Origin: Candidatus Uhrbacteria bacterium
GTDB taxonomy: Bacteria; Patescibacteriota; Patescibacteriia; UBA9934; GWF2-40-263
Direction of reading: 5' to 3'
NCBI GenBank assembly: GCA_016188495.1
Contig: JACPHU010000028.1
Location: 38,325 to 102,324 of the forward strand
Length of the DNA stretch: 64,000 nt
Under the pieces are notes generated by a model, which did not search any database, was not told the origin of the DNA, and was given only the letters and a program-made list of their open reading frames with translations. How positions within the stretch are numbered: position 1 is the first letter of the stretch; every line of letters starts with the position of its first letter. Positions 46,280 to 56,790 of the stretch are shown here, piece by piece. The translations under genes and the position numbers were made by a program.

Positions 46280-46864
46280 ATGGACTACATTAAAAAGAAT
46301 CCGACACTGGATGAGTTGGTGTATCTGGCCTCGCAAGGGTTCTGCAAACCCGTCACAGAAGCGCTCGTTCAGGATGTTTCACAGCATCTTGCAGACACGG
46401 ATTTTTGCTTGTGCGTGGAAGATCAAGGAAAGCTTGTGGGGTGTATGCTCTGTAAGATTCCTTTGTCTGGAGTACTTTACATTGCCGGGACGCTTATTCT
46501 TCCTGAGTATCAAGGGGAGAGAATTAAAGCTCAGGCAACACTGTTCCTTCTTCGTGAACATCCTGAGCTTAAGTGGTTCTCAGGTCGAACCCAGTCGCCG
46601 ATTGTCTGGTCCTCTGTCCGCTCCATTGCTCGGGAGATGCTTCCTTATCCAGACATCAGAGAGGTATCGCAAGAGGCCTTTAATCACCTGCAGCAACTCG
46701 TAAACGCTCTTGGCATGAGCGCTCCGATCCAGCAGGGATTTTACGGAGGGTCTTTGTACGGAAAAAAACCTCTGAATCGAGATCCAAACATCCAAACTTG
46801 GTGGGATGGTTTATGCGATTTTGAACGCGGAGACGCCGTGCTCTACATCGCCCGTCTTAATTGA
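46280..46864 (+). CDS. Hypothetical protein (acetyltransferase-like fold is a guess)
   Basis: ATG at 46280 preceded by GAGGAGAAAG; 194 aa; no clear motif. The track start at 46250 lacks an RBS. Confidence 0.35.
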   Translation: MDYIKKNPTLDELVYLASQGFCKPVTEALVQDVSQHLADTDFCLCVEDQGKLVGCMLCKIPLSGVLYIAGTLILPEYQGERIKAQATLFLLREHPELKWFSGRTQSPIVWSSVRSIAREMLPYPDIREVSQEAFNHLQQLVNALGMSAPIQQGFYGGSLYGKKPLNRDPNIQTWWDGLCDFERGDAVLYIARLN

Positions 46865-46964
46865 AAACACTCCTTGCTTACTGGTTCACAAAAGCCAGTT
46901 TTATTTTTATCTAGATACAGATAAGCCTTAATTTAGATCTTTTTTAAGCTGTGGGTTTCTAGGG

Positions 46965-46993
46965 TTGCCTCCTGAAACGTCCTATGCTACTAT
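46965..46993 (+). promoter_or_regulatory. Putative promoter for tRNA-Asp
   Basis: TTGCCT, a 17-nt spacer, then TACTAT, ending 17 nt upstream of the tRNA 5' end. Confidence 0.35.
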
Positions 46994-47010
46994 TTTCCCG
47001 CTATCAATTT

Positions 47011-47088
47011 GGGCCGGTGGTGTAGCCCGGTTAACACGTCGCCCTGTCACGGCGAAGTTCGCGGGTTCGAATCCCGTCCGGCCCGCCA
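47011..47088 (+). tRNA. tRNA-Asp (anticodon GTC)
   Basis: Acceptor GGGCCGG/CCGGCCC, anticodon stem TCGCC/GGCGA with loop CTGTCAC, T-arm GCGGG-TTCGAAT-CCCGT, discriminator G and an encoded CCA. Confidence 0.85.
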
Positions 47089-47162
47089 GGACAACTTCTT
47101 ATCGGAGCGACCCGTAGGCCTCAAGCCATACGGGGCGACCCATAGGGATATGTCCCCAGTAC

Positions 47163-47190
47163 AAAACCGCCTTCACGGGCGGTTTTGTTA
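47163..47190 (+). terminator. Rho-independent terminator downstream of tRNA-Asp
   Basis: AAAACCGCC-TTCACG-GGCGGTTTT followed by GTTATT. Confidence 0.55.
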
Positions 47191-47252
47191 TTGGTCGAAC
47201 AAATGTAATGTGGATATGTAGGAGGCGGAAGAGTGATTTGTAATTTCTTGTT

Positions 47253-48977
47253 ATGGAAAATCAGTACGATCAAATACTAGTTACTTTTGGTCACAACAAC
47301 CTTTTTGGATGGAGGATTACTCGTGAAGAACTTATCGCGTGCATAGCTCCATATCCAGCATCACAATGGCTTGAACTCTGTGCAAAAGTTGAGGGCTTTC
47401 TTTCTATTAAGAGAAACGATCCAGAAGACCCGCAATCATTTCTTGCTCAGACATTTTTCCCACCAAGCACCTTAGACAGGGTCAAGCGATGCACCAAAGA
47501 AAAAATAATCCTTTTCTCGCTCGGTCAGCTGAATGTTTTGAGGAAGATGGCCATTGTCTACGGAAGAAATGACGGCGATGAAACCGAGCTTCCGATGCAA
47601 AAAGTTGCGCTCTCAAAAGCATTTCTCGCGACACAAGATCTTCATAACGATTACGATGAAATCGTAGGAAAAAACGGAGACTTAGAAAGCTTTTGTCAAT
47701 TCATCATCCGCAACGGCTACCTAAATGGCAGTTTGAATGCAGCCGATCTTTTTGTGCGTACTCATCAAATACATACTCTGCATGGACAAAACGTCCGATT
47801 CCGAGAATCGGAGAGTTTCTCAGATTTCTTTTCAAAAACCGTGGGGCTTACCGTAGATCAAGCAATGGCATTGTGTTTTTCATTAGCGATCAATTATTTT
47901 CAAGATAAGAACGTCCTTATTACGCAAACTACTGTAATCAATCCGACCACCTATTATGAAAATCTGGTTATCGATCCTCGATTAACAGAATCGATTGTAG
48001 AAAATTTAGTGATTGATTTTTCCGAGGCTAAAGAAAAAATTTCAGAGGAAATTACTGACAGCGAGTGCTCCAATACTCCAATCGGATATAATCTTGGCAT
48101 TTTTCGGAAGACACCCTTTATTCGGTTGGGTAATGGAAAGTTGGTTTGCGCAAACCTTTCGTGTCTTCTCGAGAAAACTACACAGAACATAATCTGGTTG
48201 CCTAAGAGCAAAGTAACTGGGCTAACTAAAGAACAGATGGATAAACTTGTAATAGAGCTGACTAGTTACCGTGGAAAACTGTTCGAAGAACACGTAAAAA
48301 AACTATGCGTCGAAATGGTGAATAAAAATACAAAAACTGTGTTTCATTATATTCCACCAGAAGCAACGAAGACACATGAGGAGGTCGGTGATTCACTCCT
48401 AGTACAGGGCGATACGCTTGTTATTTTAGAAGCAAAGTCCCGTCAGTTTAATGAAAGTTTTAAGTATACAGGGGAGTGGAGCGCGGACAAACAGTTTATT
48501 GATGAGTTAACGAAAAAAGCAGTTGAACAAATTGAAACTGCTGCCAGAAAAATCCGAGGAGGCGAAATTGGCGGGCTATCCATAAAACCAGAGGCCATCA
48601 AACGAATTTATCCCGTGATTGTAGCTTACGAACCAATTCCAATGCATGGAAAAATGCAGAGATACATTCGTCAGCAAGTCAATGAATCCGGATGTCTCAC
48701 AGATTCAATATTCGCACCCTTGGAGATTATATATGTGGGAGACTTGGAGAATGTGATGGATGGTGTAGAGAGCTACACTCTTATTGACGTGCTTGAAGCG
48801 AAGGACTCGAGTGATCCACATGCAAGCGAGACAAATTTCAATAACTTTTATTCCCACTTTGTAACATCCAAAGGTGTACTTAGTAATGGTTGGGGCAAGG
48901 AAAACTTCAGCACGTTTTGGAAAAAAGTTTTTACACCCAACTTCATTTTTAAATCATCTCCTACTTCAAAAGACTAA
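47253..48977 (+). CDS. Hypothetical protein with a possible C-terminal PD-(D/E)xK nuclease-like motif
   Basis: 574 aa. GDTLVILEAKSRQF near residue 390 fits a D...E.K core; no other recognised motifs. It is the first gene of the island beside tRNA-Asp. Confidence 0.35.
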   Translation: MENQYDQILVTFGHNNLFGWRITREELIACIAPYPASQWLELCAKVEGFLSIKRNDPEDPQSFLAQTFFPPSTLDRVKRCTKEKIILFSLGQLNVLRKMAIVYGRNDGDETELPMQKVALSKAFLATQDLHNDYDEIVGKNGDLESFCQFIIRNGYLNGSLNAADLFVRTHQIHTLHGQNVRFRESESFSDFFSKTVGLTVDQAMALCFSLAINYFQDKNVLITQTTVINPTTYYENLVIDPRLTESIVENLVIDFSEAKEKISEEITDSECSNTPIGYNLGIFRKTPFIRLGNGKLVCANLSCLLEKTTQNIIWLPKSKVTGLTKEQMDKLVIELTSYRGKLFEEHVKKLCVEMVNKNTKTVFHYIPPEATKTHEEVGDSLLVQGDTLVILEAKSRQFNESFKYTGEWSADKQFIDELTKKAVEQIETAARKIRGGEIGGLSIKPEAIKRIYPVIVAYEPIPMHGKMQRYIRQQVNESGCLTDSIFAPLEIIYVGDLENVMDGVESYTLIDVLEAKDSSDPHASETNFNNFYSHFVTSKGVLSNGWGKENFSTFWKKVFTPNFIFKSSPTSKD

Positions 48978-50397
48978 CCGTTTTATTTCCATAAACGAGT
49001 CGGCTCCTCAGATTCCCTAGCAATTCCCGTTTCTCCGATACACTCCCTTCACGCAACAAGTACTTCATATACGCACGAACATCCATTTCCTCAGTCGTAC
49101 CTTCCGGTACAGACGTTCCACCACGGAACAGTCGTTCGAACCGACTGAACCGTTTTATCTCTTCTTCCAGCTTCGTCTTCAATCCAATCTCATTGATATC
49201 AATCTGGTCGATGATCTTCAATAGTTCGTTGATCAATTCGTCCTCACGGATGTAAACATTCTTGCAGTTGCGATCTCTTGCTCGCGTGCATCCATAGTAG
49301 ACATACCGCGTATGACCGCCGTCCTTTCGTTGTTTATATTTCTCCTCCGCCGATACTCCCGATCCACACAACCCGCACGTGAACAATTTAGTGAAGGCGA
49401 ATTCTTTGTTCTCCCGCACTATCTGGTCGCGTTTAAGTTGAACGTGTGCTAGGTCGAATAACTCTTTCGTGATGATTGGTTTGTGTTTACCTTCGTACCA
49501 GTTTCCGCTATTGCGCGGGAACTCGAAGCGTCCGTAGTAGAAAGGATTTTCGAAGATGCGGTAGATACCGCTCAGCGTCAGTGTTTTATTGCCTCGCGTC
49601 TTGAAGTTCAGATCATGCTTCAACCAGTTGTAAAGTTTGCGACCGCTGAATTTTTCGTACGCCACTTTTTCAAACATTTGTTTCACAATAGGAGCACGAA
49701 CAGAATCAAGAATTTTCTGACATTTTTTGTCCATCCGTTTTTGATCCGAATATCCAATAGGTGCCATGCCCGGCCAGTGACCCATCTCCACTCGCGTGCG
49801 AAGCCCACGTTTCACGTTCTCTCCTCGGTGATCGTTTTCAAGTTTTGCCGTTGAGCCAAGAATCATCAGCAAGTATTTCTCATTCGGATTGTTTCCGAAC
49901 GTCTGTCCGTGCGTTCGAATCTCCGCGAGCAGTCCTTGGTCGATGAGATCAACGACCGCACCCAAGTCACCGGCGTTACGACTCAATCGATCCGGTGCCC
50001 AGGTCAGAATCCCATTAAACTTTTTATCGCGGATATCGTTCAGTAGTTCATTGAAGATTGGTCGTTGACCTGTAGATTTTGCTGAATGGCTTTCTCGTTT
50101 GATCTCCACTACGTTAAGTCCATCCCGTACCGCGATCTGGAGCATTTCCTTCGCCTGCGAATCAATAGAAAGAACTTGCCGCTCAGCCGACTCACTACTC
50201 TTGCGAGCGTACAGGCAGTACTTGATTCCCTCAGGAGCCACTGGCTGTTCGTGTTTTGTGCGTGTCAGCCCAGTCTGAGTCACCACGCCTCCTTGTGTGT
50301 TTTTCATACAACACATCAATGACGCAACCCCCGCGGGGCGTCCAGTGCGCCTTGGTGTTGGTAACATTATCTCTATTAATCCCTTATAATCACCCAC
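48961..50397 (-). CDS. Large serine recombinase (resolvase/invertase-type N-terminal domain plus recombinase and zinc-ribbon domains)
   Basis: YCLYARKSSESAERQVLSIDSQ carries the catalytic-Ser context of serine recombinases. A recombinase-domain region (GILTWAPDRLSRNAGDLGAVVDLIDQG) and a Cys zinc ribbon (CGLCGSG...YYGCTRARDRNC) follow. GTG start at 50397; an internal ATG at 50367 is an alternative. Confidence 0.8.
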   Translation of the reverse strand: MGDYKGLIEIMLPTPRRTGRPAGVASLMCCMKNTQGGVVTQTGLTRTKHEQPVAPEGIKYCLYARKSSESAERQVLSIDSQAKEMLQIAVRDGLNVVEIKRESHSAKSTGQRPIFNELLNDIRDKKFNGILTWAPDRLSRNAGDLGAVVDLIDQGLLAEIRTHGQTFGNNPNEKYLLMILGSTAKLENDHRGENVKRGLRTRVEMGHWPGMAPIGYSDQKRMDKKCQKILDSVRAPIVKQMFEKVAYEKFSGRKLYNWLKHDLNFKTRGNKTLTLSGIYRIFENPFYYGRFEFPRNSGNWYEGKHKPIITKELFDLAHVQLKRDQIVRENKEFAFTKLFTCGLCGSGVSAEEKYKQRKDGGHTRYVYYGCTRARDRNCKNVYIREDELINELLKIIDQIDINEIGLKTKLEEEIKRFSRFERLFRGGTSVPEGTTEEMDVRAYMKYLLREGSVSEKRELLGNLRSRLVYGNKTVSLLK

Positions 50398-50441
50398 GAA
50401 TTGCCACGGGATGCGAATTTTGAGAGAATAACTTCAATTAT

Positions 50442-51377
50442 ATGTCTCTTCTTCGTATTAAAGGTGGCAAACTGGAGCAGATCAAAGAAACGGAATTGAA
50501 ACTCGAAAAGGATTTGCAAAAGCTCACCGAGACAAACCTCGAAACAGTTTTTGGATTGCAGTTTGTTTCAACGGAATTTGCCTTGAATAATCTACGCATT
50601 GATACGTTGGCATACGACACGGAAACCGGTTCCTTCGTGATTATTGAGTACAAGCGAGATCGAAGCTTTAGTGTGATCGACCAAGGTTTCGCCTATCTAT
50701 CCTTGATGTTGAATAATAAAGCAGACTTCATTTTGGAATACAGCGAAAGGATCGGCAAACATCTGCGACGCGACGATATCGACTGGTCACAAAGTCGTGT
50801 GTTGTTTGTTGCTCAAAGTTTTACCAATCACCAATTGCAAGCGATCAACTTTAAGGATTTACCGATTGAACTTTGGGAAGCCAAGAAATACAGCGACGAT
50901 CTTATTTCGTTTAACCAAATCAAGGCGCTGCAATCTGCCGAATCCATCAAGACCGTTTCCAAGAACGAAAATGTTTCAACAGTAAGTAAAGAGGTGCAAA
51001 CGTACTCTCCAGAAGAAATCCTTGCGCGATTTAAGGGTGATGCACACGAACTTTCTTTGGAAATACGACGAAGAATTCTTGACGTCAGCGGACGTTTTGA
51101 AGAAAAGCCAACGAAGAGATACTTGGGTTACAAAATCGAAGGGAAAAATATCGTTGCTATCGACTCTTCGGAAGGGAACGTAAGAATTACTTTTACTCGC
51201 ACTCGACCGGAAGACCTTAATGACCCAGAGAAAAAGACGAGTCTACGAAAGAAGTCTCTAGAACATTACAATCAATATCTTACAGACATCATCATCAGAA
51301 AACAGGATGATATTGACTATGCGATGTTCTTATTGAAGCAAGTCATGACACGTTTTCAGAAAGAGAAAATAATTTAA
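50442..51377 (+). CDS. Hypothetical protein with an N-terminal PD-(D/E)xK (RecB/Cas4-like) nuclease motif
   Basis: RIDTLAYDTETGSFVIIEYKRD...VIDQGFAYLS fits D...E.K plus a Q...Y motif. Confidence 0.4.
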   Translation: MSLLRIKGGKLEQIKETELKLEKDLQKLTETNLETVFGLQFVSTEFALNNLRIDTLAYDTETGSFVIIEYKRDRSFSVIDQGFAYLSLMLNNKADFILEYSERIGKHLRRDDIDWSQSRVLFVAQSFTNHQLQAINFKDLPIELWEAKKYSDDLISFNQIKALQSAESIKTVSKNENVSTVSKEVQTYSPEEILARFKGDAHELSLEIRRRILDVSGRFEEKPTKRYLGYKIEGKNIVAIDSSEGNVRITFTRTRPEDLNDPEKKTSLRKKSLEHYNQYLTDIIIRKQDDIDYAMFLLKQVMTRFQKEKII

Positions 51378-51413
51378 TCAAAAACTGACGTTCAAACGTC
51401 AGTTTTTGATTCA

Positions 51414-52115
51414 TCAGAGAAAGCGCGTTTCCAACTTTTCTTTTACTCGCTCCCAATCGGGACATTTTTCTGCTAAGAGTCTATAAAATGCATTGCTATG
51501 CTTTTTATATCTGAAGTGACAAAGTTCGTGAATGATCACGTAGTCAATACAGTCTTTTGATGCGTGAATGAGCTTCTCATTCAGAATAATGCGTTTGTTA
51601 TCTATAAAACTGCCCCAACGCTTTGCCATGTTCTTAATGCTGATTACAGGACGATTGGAGAGTTCAAACTTCCCAAGAACGGCATCAAGGCGACTGTTAA
51701 ATACGTCGAGTGTTTTATCCTTAAACCATTGATGAAGGATGCGTTTATTGGTATCTCCGTCGGTTACTCCAACGTTTGTTGTCAGCATCAACTTTCCTCG
51801 TTGCAATGAAACATCCCTTTCCTTGCCGCGTTGTACGATCAGTTGGTACTGCCTCCCAAGATAGAAGAAACTTTCTCCTGAGATGTACTCCCTCCGATAA
51901 ACTTTCTTCTTAAACTTACTGAAGTATCGAACCTGTTTTTCCAACCACACCCATTTTCTTCGAAGGAAAGATTCTATCTTTTCACATTCTGTATCAATAG
52001 GAGCCTTCACGATAAGTTTAATGTCCGAAGTAACTGTTAGGCTCAATGTCTTGCGGATTTCAAATTTCAGTACGTAGTCATAGAGATACTTTCCGTATTG
52101 AAATTGTTTTTTCAT
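51414..52115 (-). CDS. YgjP-like (DUF45/WLM-type) zinc metallohydrolase, as commonly found beside type I R-M loci
   Basis: HExxH motif in IIHELCHFRYKKHS; 233 aa; its start overlaps the hsdR stop. Confidence 0.55.
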   Translation of the reverse strand: MKKQFQYGKYLYDYVLKFEIRKTLSLTVTSDIKLIVKAPIDTECEKIESFLRRKWVWLEKQVRYFSKFKKKVYRREYISGESFFYLGRQYQLIVQRGKERDVSLQRGKLMLTTNVGVTDGDTNKRILHQWFKDKTLDVFNSRLDAVLGKFELSNRPVISIKNMAKRWGSFIDNKRIILNEKLIHASKDCIDYVIIHELCHFRYKKHSNAFYRLLAEKCPDWERVKEKLETRFL

Positions 52116-55100
52116 AGTGTGAAGAGGTCGTGATTATTCTCTGCAAGACTGATCACGGCATCCTCGATATTTCGCATCTGTTCTGCAGAAAGATCAATGC
52201 CGAGTTCAAGCTTCACGAAATCGTAAAGATAATCATCTATACGGTTCGCGATAACGCGCTTTACTTCAGTGTTTTTGTGCCAGTCCACAACCGCCTCAAC
52301 ACGAAGGACTTCAAGTAATCCCACAATCACCTGAGCATATTGCTCATCTGAGAGCCTTGCTGCCACGAACTGTTCCTTGAGGTTTCTGTAGAAAATGGAT
52401 GCCCCTTTTATTTGTTGGATTGAATCAGGAGATGCATCATCTGTTTTATTCATGACATCATCCTTAATCAGACGCATCTGCCCAAGAGCGTCAGCATCAG
52501 ACATCTTTCCGTCACGCATACTCTGAAGAATCTGTTGAATTTTTTCAGAAAAACGCTGATAAAATTCAGGGTCAGTGTCCATACGTTCGCGAATGGTGCG
52601 GTCGGTATGAGCGGCGATTGCTTCCGCTTTCGACTTATCTGATCCCAGTTCTTTGATTGCGGTCGCAAATCGTTCTGGATCAGTAATGTCGATTTGTGCA
52701 GTAAGTAACTCGACCCCTTTTGCGTCAATATACTTATCCAGCAACTGGATAAGCGGTTTCTTGTATTCATCCAAGTCGATCTGGTCGGCATATCGAAGAC
52801 GCACCGAACTACGAAGCTCGGTGAACTTCTTTAACTCCCGCTTATACACATCCGTGTGCTTGAAAGTCGTAGCGAAGTCCTTGAGCGACAAGCATTCATT
52901 GAACGCCCGGATAAACGCATTGTAGCTATCGTAGAACAATCTGCGCTCGGGTTCATCCTGAAGGCGCTGGATGTACGCCTCGTCGTCTGCTGGCAAACCG
53001 TTAAACATGTCGTGCAGATTCGAGTAGTTTTGTTCAAGTTCCTGAACCTTGTCACTCACATCGACAAGTGCACCCTTAACATCCTCTTCCGCGTAATTAC
53101 CGAACAACTTCATTGCCCGATCAAGGTTCTTGGCGTTTTCCGAGTAGTCGATAATAAATCCGGATGTCTTCGGGATTGTCTTATTTTCGAAGAGACGATT
53201 AACGCGTGCAATCGCCTGAAGAAGGTTGTGATCTTTCAGGTCTTTCGCGAGGTAGAGCACGGTATTTCGAGGCGCATCAAATCCTGTAAGCAACTTGTCG
53301 ACTACGATAATAATTTCGATACCATCGGCATTGTTCTTGAAGTTATCAATAACCTCATCTTCGTAGGACTTGAGACTCGAATACTTATGGCTCACCTCAT
53401 CCAGATATTCGATGACTTCTTTTTTATGGGTATCATCCTCACTAACAATTCCAGACTCATCAGAAATAATAACCGCCGTACGTACTTTTCCGTTCTTCTC
53501 GAACAGACGCTGGAAAAGAACCGCCGAAAACTTTGACGGAGCAACTAATTGTGCCTTCAACCCTGTTCCCTGAAACCGCTCAACGTAATGTTGCTCAACG
53601 TCATACGCAATTTCTGTAATGCGCTGAGGATTGTCTTTAATAATTTGGCGATCAACGTATCGTTGTAGATGCTGTTTATTCGCATCGCTCAGATTCTCGG
53701 TGATACGATCCATGTGACGATCAATCTGTTCGGTATTCTGCTCGAGGTCAACATAGCGACCTTCGTAAATGAGTGGCAAGATAATTTTGTCCTTGATTGC
53801 GTCATCGATAGTGTATTTATCAATATAGCCTCCAAACTTGAGATAGCTCGCTCGTTCCTTCTTCATGAGTGGCGTTCCGGTGAATGCGATGTAACAAGCA
53901 TTCGGGAGAACGCGTGACATTTCTAAGTTCGCCATACCGCCTTGGGTTCGGTGGGCTTCATCGATCAAGATAAAGACGTTCTTGTCATCATCGATAAACC
54001 CTCCACGCTTTTTGGAAGCCGCCTCGAACTTATGCACGAGTGTTGTTACCACGTTCAACTCCTTGTCTTTGATGAGTCTCAAGAGGTGCTCGCCACTGGT
54101 CGCGCGAACAACATCTTTCTTGAGACCACAGTTTCGGAACGTATCACCAATTTGTTTATCGAGGTCGCGACGATCCGTAACGAGAATGATGCGGGGATTA
54201 TTGATATCTGGATTATCAATCAACGCCCTAACGAACATCACCATGGTAAGCGACTTACCCGACCCCTGCGTGTGCCATACAAGCCCTCCCTGACGCTTTG
54301 TACCTGTCTCAGCCTCGTCTTCCTTGGCAATGCGATCAAGGATCTTTTTAATGGCAAAATACTGCTGGTAACGTCCAAGTTTCTTAACGCCCGCATCGTA
54401 AAGAACGAAGTTGCGTGACAAGTCGAGCAAGCGAGCCTTATCAAATAACGCAATAATCGAACGATCTTGTTCAGTTGGTAGTCGTTCTGTTGATTGCTTG
54501 AGACCAGATGTCGCCCCATTAAGGTCAAGGCAGAGCTGACGATAAGTTTCTCTGTCGATCTTTTTAGCGACGAGTTCCTTAACACGTTTATCCTGCGTTT
54601 CGAGCGAAGTATCTTTCTCCTTCCACGTTGCGTAGAACTTAAAAGGAGTAGCGGTCGTTCCGTAGGACATATCCTTACCGTTGGTCCCGACAAGCAACTG
54701 CGGATAGGTGTAAAGCTTTGGACAATAATCGATCTGCTGGTTTCGCAAGTGCTGGTTGACAGCTTCTTTCACCTCAACACTCGATTTCTTATTTTCAACA
54801 ATGGTAAACGGGATGCCATTCACAAAGACCACAATGTCTGGACGAATTGAACCCTTGCCTTCAGCAGGGAATTCTACCGTTACATGAAAAGCATTATTTT
54901 CTGGATGAATAAAGTCCACGAATCGAATATTCTTCGAAACACTCTTTCCATCATGGAAGACTTTCACCGCCTTTGATCCCGTCATCGGCATGATGAGGTT
55001 AAAGACCTTTCTCGAGGTATCAATCAGTCCTTCATAAGGAACATTCTCCAGCTCCTCAAGAGCTTCAAGGATATCCTTATCTGCAAATTTATATTCCTGA

Positions 55101-55303
55101 CCCTTATGCTCGTAAGAGTTTATTTCTTTCAGTTTCCCGAATGCAATGTCTTTCAGGATAAACTTTGAAAGATCACCCCGTCGCTGACGTTCGACTTCTT
55201 CAGAAGAAAGATATGTGTAGCCGAGATTGATAAGTAACTCAACAAACGGCAATTGCGATTGCCGTGCTTCGTCAAAATTTACTTGGAGGATGTTGCTATT
55301 CAT
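52112..55303 (-). CDS. hsdR: Type I restriction enzyme R subunit
   Basis: N-terminal PD-(D/E)xK nuclease motif RPDIVVFVNGIPFTIVENK, SF2 helicase motifs TQGSGKSLTMVMF (I), FILIDEAHRTQ (II) and a motif VI region; 1063 aa. Confidence 0.85.
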   Translation of the reverse strand: MNSNILQVNFDEARQSQLPFVELLINLGYTYLSSEEVERQRRGDLSKFILKDIAFGKLKEINSYEHKGQEYKFADKDILEALEELENVPYEGLIDTSRKVFNLIMPMTGSKAVKVFHDGKSVSKNIRFVDFIHPENNAFHVTVEFPAEGKGSIRPDIVVFVNGIPFTIVENKKSSVEVKEAVNQHLRNQQIDYCPKLYTYPQLLVGTNGKDMSYGTTATPFKFYATWKEKDTSLETQDKRVKELVAKKIDRETYRQLCLDLNGATSGLKQSTERLPTEQDRSIIALFDKARLLDLSRNFVLYDAGVKKLGRYQQYFAIKKILDRIAKEDEAETGTKRQGGLVWHTQGSGKSLTMVMFVRALIDNPDINNPRIILVTDRRDLDKQIGDTFRNCGLKKDVVRATSGEHLLRLIKDKELNVVTTLVHKFEAASKKRGGFIDDDKNVFILIDEAHRTQGGMANLEMSRVLPNACYIAFTGTPLMKKERASYLKFGGYIDKYTIDDAIKDKIILPLIYEGRYVDLEQNTEQIDRHMDRITENLSDANKQHLQRYVDRQIIKDNPQRITEIAYDVEQHYVERFQGTGLKAQLVAPSKFSAVLFQRLFEKNGKVRTAVIISDESGIVSEDDTHKKEVIEYLDEVSHKYSSLKSYEDEVIDNFKNNADGIEIIIVVDKLLTGFDAPRNTVLYLAKDLKDHNLLQAIARVNRLFENKTIPKTSGFIIDYSENAKNLDRAMKLFGNYAEEDVKGALVDVSDKVQELEQNYSNLHDMFNGLPADDEAYIQRLQDEPERRLFYDSYNAFIRAFNECLSLKDFATTFKHTDVYKRELKKFTELRSSVRLRYADQIDLDEYKKPLIQLLDKYIDAKGVELLTAQIDITDPERFATAIKELGSDKSKAEAIAAHTDRTIRERMDTDPEFYQRFSEKIQQILQSMRDGKMSDADALGQMRLIKDDVMNKTDDASPDSIQQIKGASIFYRNLKEQFVAARLSDEQYAQVIVGLLEVLRVEAVVDWHKNTEVKRVIANRIDDYLYDFVKLELGIDLSAEQMRNIEDAVISLAENNHDLFTL

Positions 55304-55547
55304 ATTGTCTGTAGCGATCTTCGTAATTCTTCCTCACATTGCTTGAGATGTAGCCACCAAGACCCCTACCGAGCAATGCTAACTGTTTCAATTGCTGAAG
55401 GTGGTATGACCCAGGCTTAAAATTTCCATACTTGTAATAACGATATCCATCCTTATTCGCCTCCGAGAATTTCACGATAATCGCATCGCTTTGTATTTCG
55501 TAGGCTTCGACGTCGGAATTACCATTGAGATTTCTATATCGTTCCAT
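55296..55547 (-). CDS. KTSC-domain small protein
   Basis: 83 aa; SDVEAYEIQSDAIIVKFSEANKDGYRYYKYGNFKPGSYHLQQLK...GGYISSNVRKNY matches the KTSC domain pattern (from memory). Confidence 0.4.
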   Translation of the reverse strand: MERYRNLNGNSDVEAYEIQSDAIIVKFSEANKDGYRYYKYGNFKPGSYHLQQLKQLALLGRGLGGYISSNVRKNYEDRYRQYE

Positions 55548-55549
55548 AC

Positions 55550-56776
55550 TTATGGATTAACTTTGATGAATTCGGTGGTTCGTATCTTGCCAGTCACGAG
55601 GTTGTTAAGCAAAAACTTCTTTTGAAATTTCAGGGCTTTCAACTTCCTCTCCAAAATCTCCAATTCTTCTTCAGCAAGTGCGAGTATTTTTCCAATTGCC
55701 ACCTGTTCTTCGTAAGCAGGAACAGGACATTTAACCAGTTTAAAATCTTTATATTTACAGTTCAAAGTATCGCTTACGATGCCTTGTGAATTCTGATAAA
55801 AAGAGTGGATGAGGCGTGGGGTTTTAAAGAGATAGGCAAAAAACAAGGGATCAACGTCTTTTCTTGGAGACACTACTGTGTAAGCAGGACTAACAATACC
55901 GTCGTACTTAGATAGGGCACTCCGTCCTTGCCACATTCGCATGGTGTTGTAGCCGATGTCCCCCGGACAAATACGCTTATATTTTGATTTATCAGTGTTA
56001 GAAGAATCTTTCTTATATGAGTTTGCTTGATAGATGATGCCTTTACGTGCCGCGATTGATAAAAGCGGTAGATCGCCACGACCAATTTCTTTTCGCTCCT
56101 TAAATAAGTCAGCCAGGCGCGATAAATTCCATTGTTTTGAAAAATTACGAAGTCGAATCTTTCCGTGCAATAGCTGTTGGCAAAGTCCGTTCTGAATCAT
56201 CTTCTTAAGATCAATCTTTTTAGATAGCTTCTCTATGGCACTGTCCCATGCTTCTAACACGGTAACGATGCGCGCCTGTTCGTCGACTGGAGGAATCAGT
56301 ATATAAACATCACGTAAATCTTCCTGCCCTATGTTAGAACGTACGGCACCTTGTCCTCGTTTAATAATTTCACCGCGAACCTCACTCGAAGAAAAACAGT
56401 ATTTCTTAAAGCAATCGTCAAGATCTTTTGTTTTTGATCGTGCACGAATAACAAAACCACCAAATATAACCTCCTCATTATCTAGATAAATCGAGGATAA
56501 ACCAATTTCTTCGGGTGTTTCAGACGTTCTATTAAATAATACGTCCCCGTATTTGACCCTATTCTTAGCTAAAGTTTTCGCATCAACCGCAACCATTCCT
56601 GGAATTAATTCAGATGTCAGTGAACTATGTTTGATGACCTCCATGACATTGATAAATCGAGTTCCTGACCCATATTGTGTCTTATCTGCATTGACGCCGT
56701 TTTTAAAATCAAATAAATCTCCCATCTTCATGGTCTTCCAGTCACTAGGGATCTTTTTTGATGGGGTATTTTGCAT
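55550..56776 (-). CDS. hsdS: Type I restriction-modification specificity subunit (two target-recognition domains)
   Basis: 408 aa with two TRD-like halves separated and followed by conserved coiled-coil spacers (EQARIVTVLEAWDSAIEKLSKKIDLKK, EEQVAIGKILALAEEELEILERKLKALK). Confidence 0.8.
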   Translation of the reverse strand: MQNTPSKKIPSDWKTMKMGDLFDFKNGVNADKTQYGSGTRFINVMEVIKHSSLTSELIPGMVAVDAKTLAKNRVKYGDVLFNRTSETPEEIGLSSIYLDNEEVIFGGFVIRARSKTKDLDDCFKKYCFSSSEVRGEIIKRGQGAVRSNIGQEDLRDVYILIPPVDEQARIVTVLEAWDSAIEKLSKKIDLKKMIQNGLCQQLLHGKIRLRNFSKQWNLSRLADLFKERKEIGRGDLPLLSIAARKGIIYQANSYKKDSSNTDKSKYKRICPGDIGYNTMRMWQGRSALSKYDGIVSPAYTVVSPRKDVDPLFFAYLFKTPRLIHSFYQNSQGIVSDTLNCKYKDFKLVKCPVPAYEEQVAIGKILALAEEELEILERKLKALKFQKKFLLNNLVTGKIRTTEFIKVNP

Positions 56777-56790
56777 AAGGTTTGATTGGA

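Noticed and set aside
46125-46703. 192-aa plus-strand ORF overlapping the 46280 gene
   Set aside because: It lies in a different frame from the ORF with a clear GGAGA RBS at 46280, has low-complexity, Cys/Trp-odd composition, and no motif.
47089-47160. ~70-nt segment between tRNA-Asp and its terminator as a second tRNA or att-site remnant
   Set aside because: It does not fold into a cloverleaf, and I could not find a matching direct repeat within the window; left unassigned.
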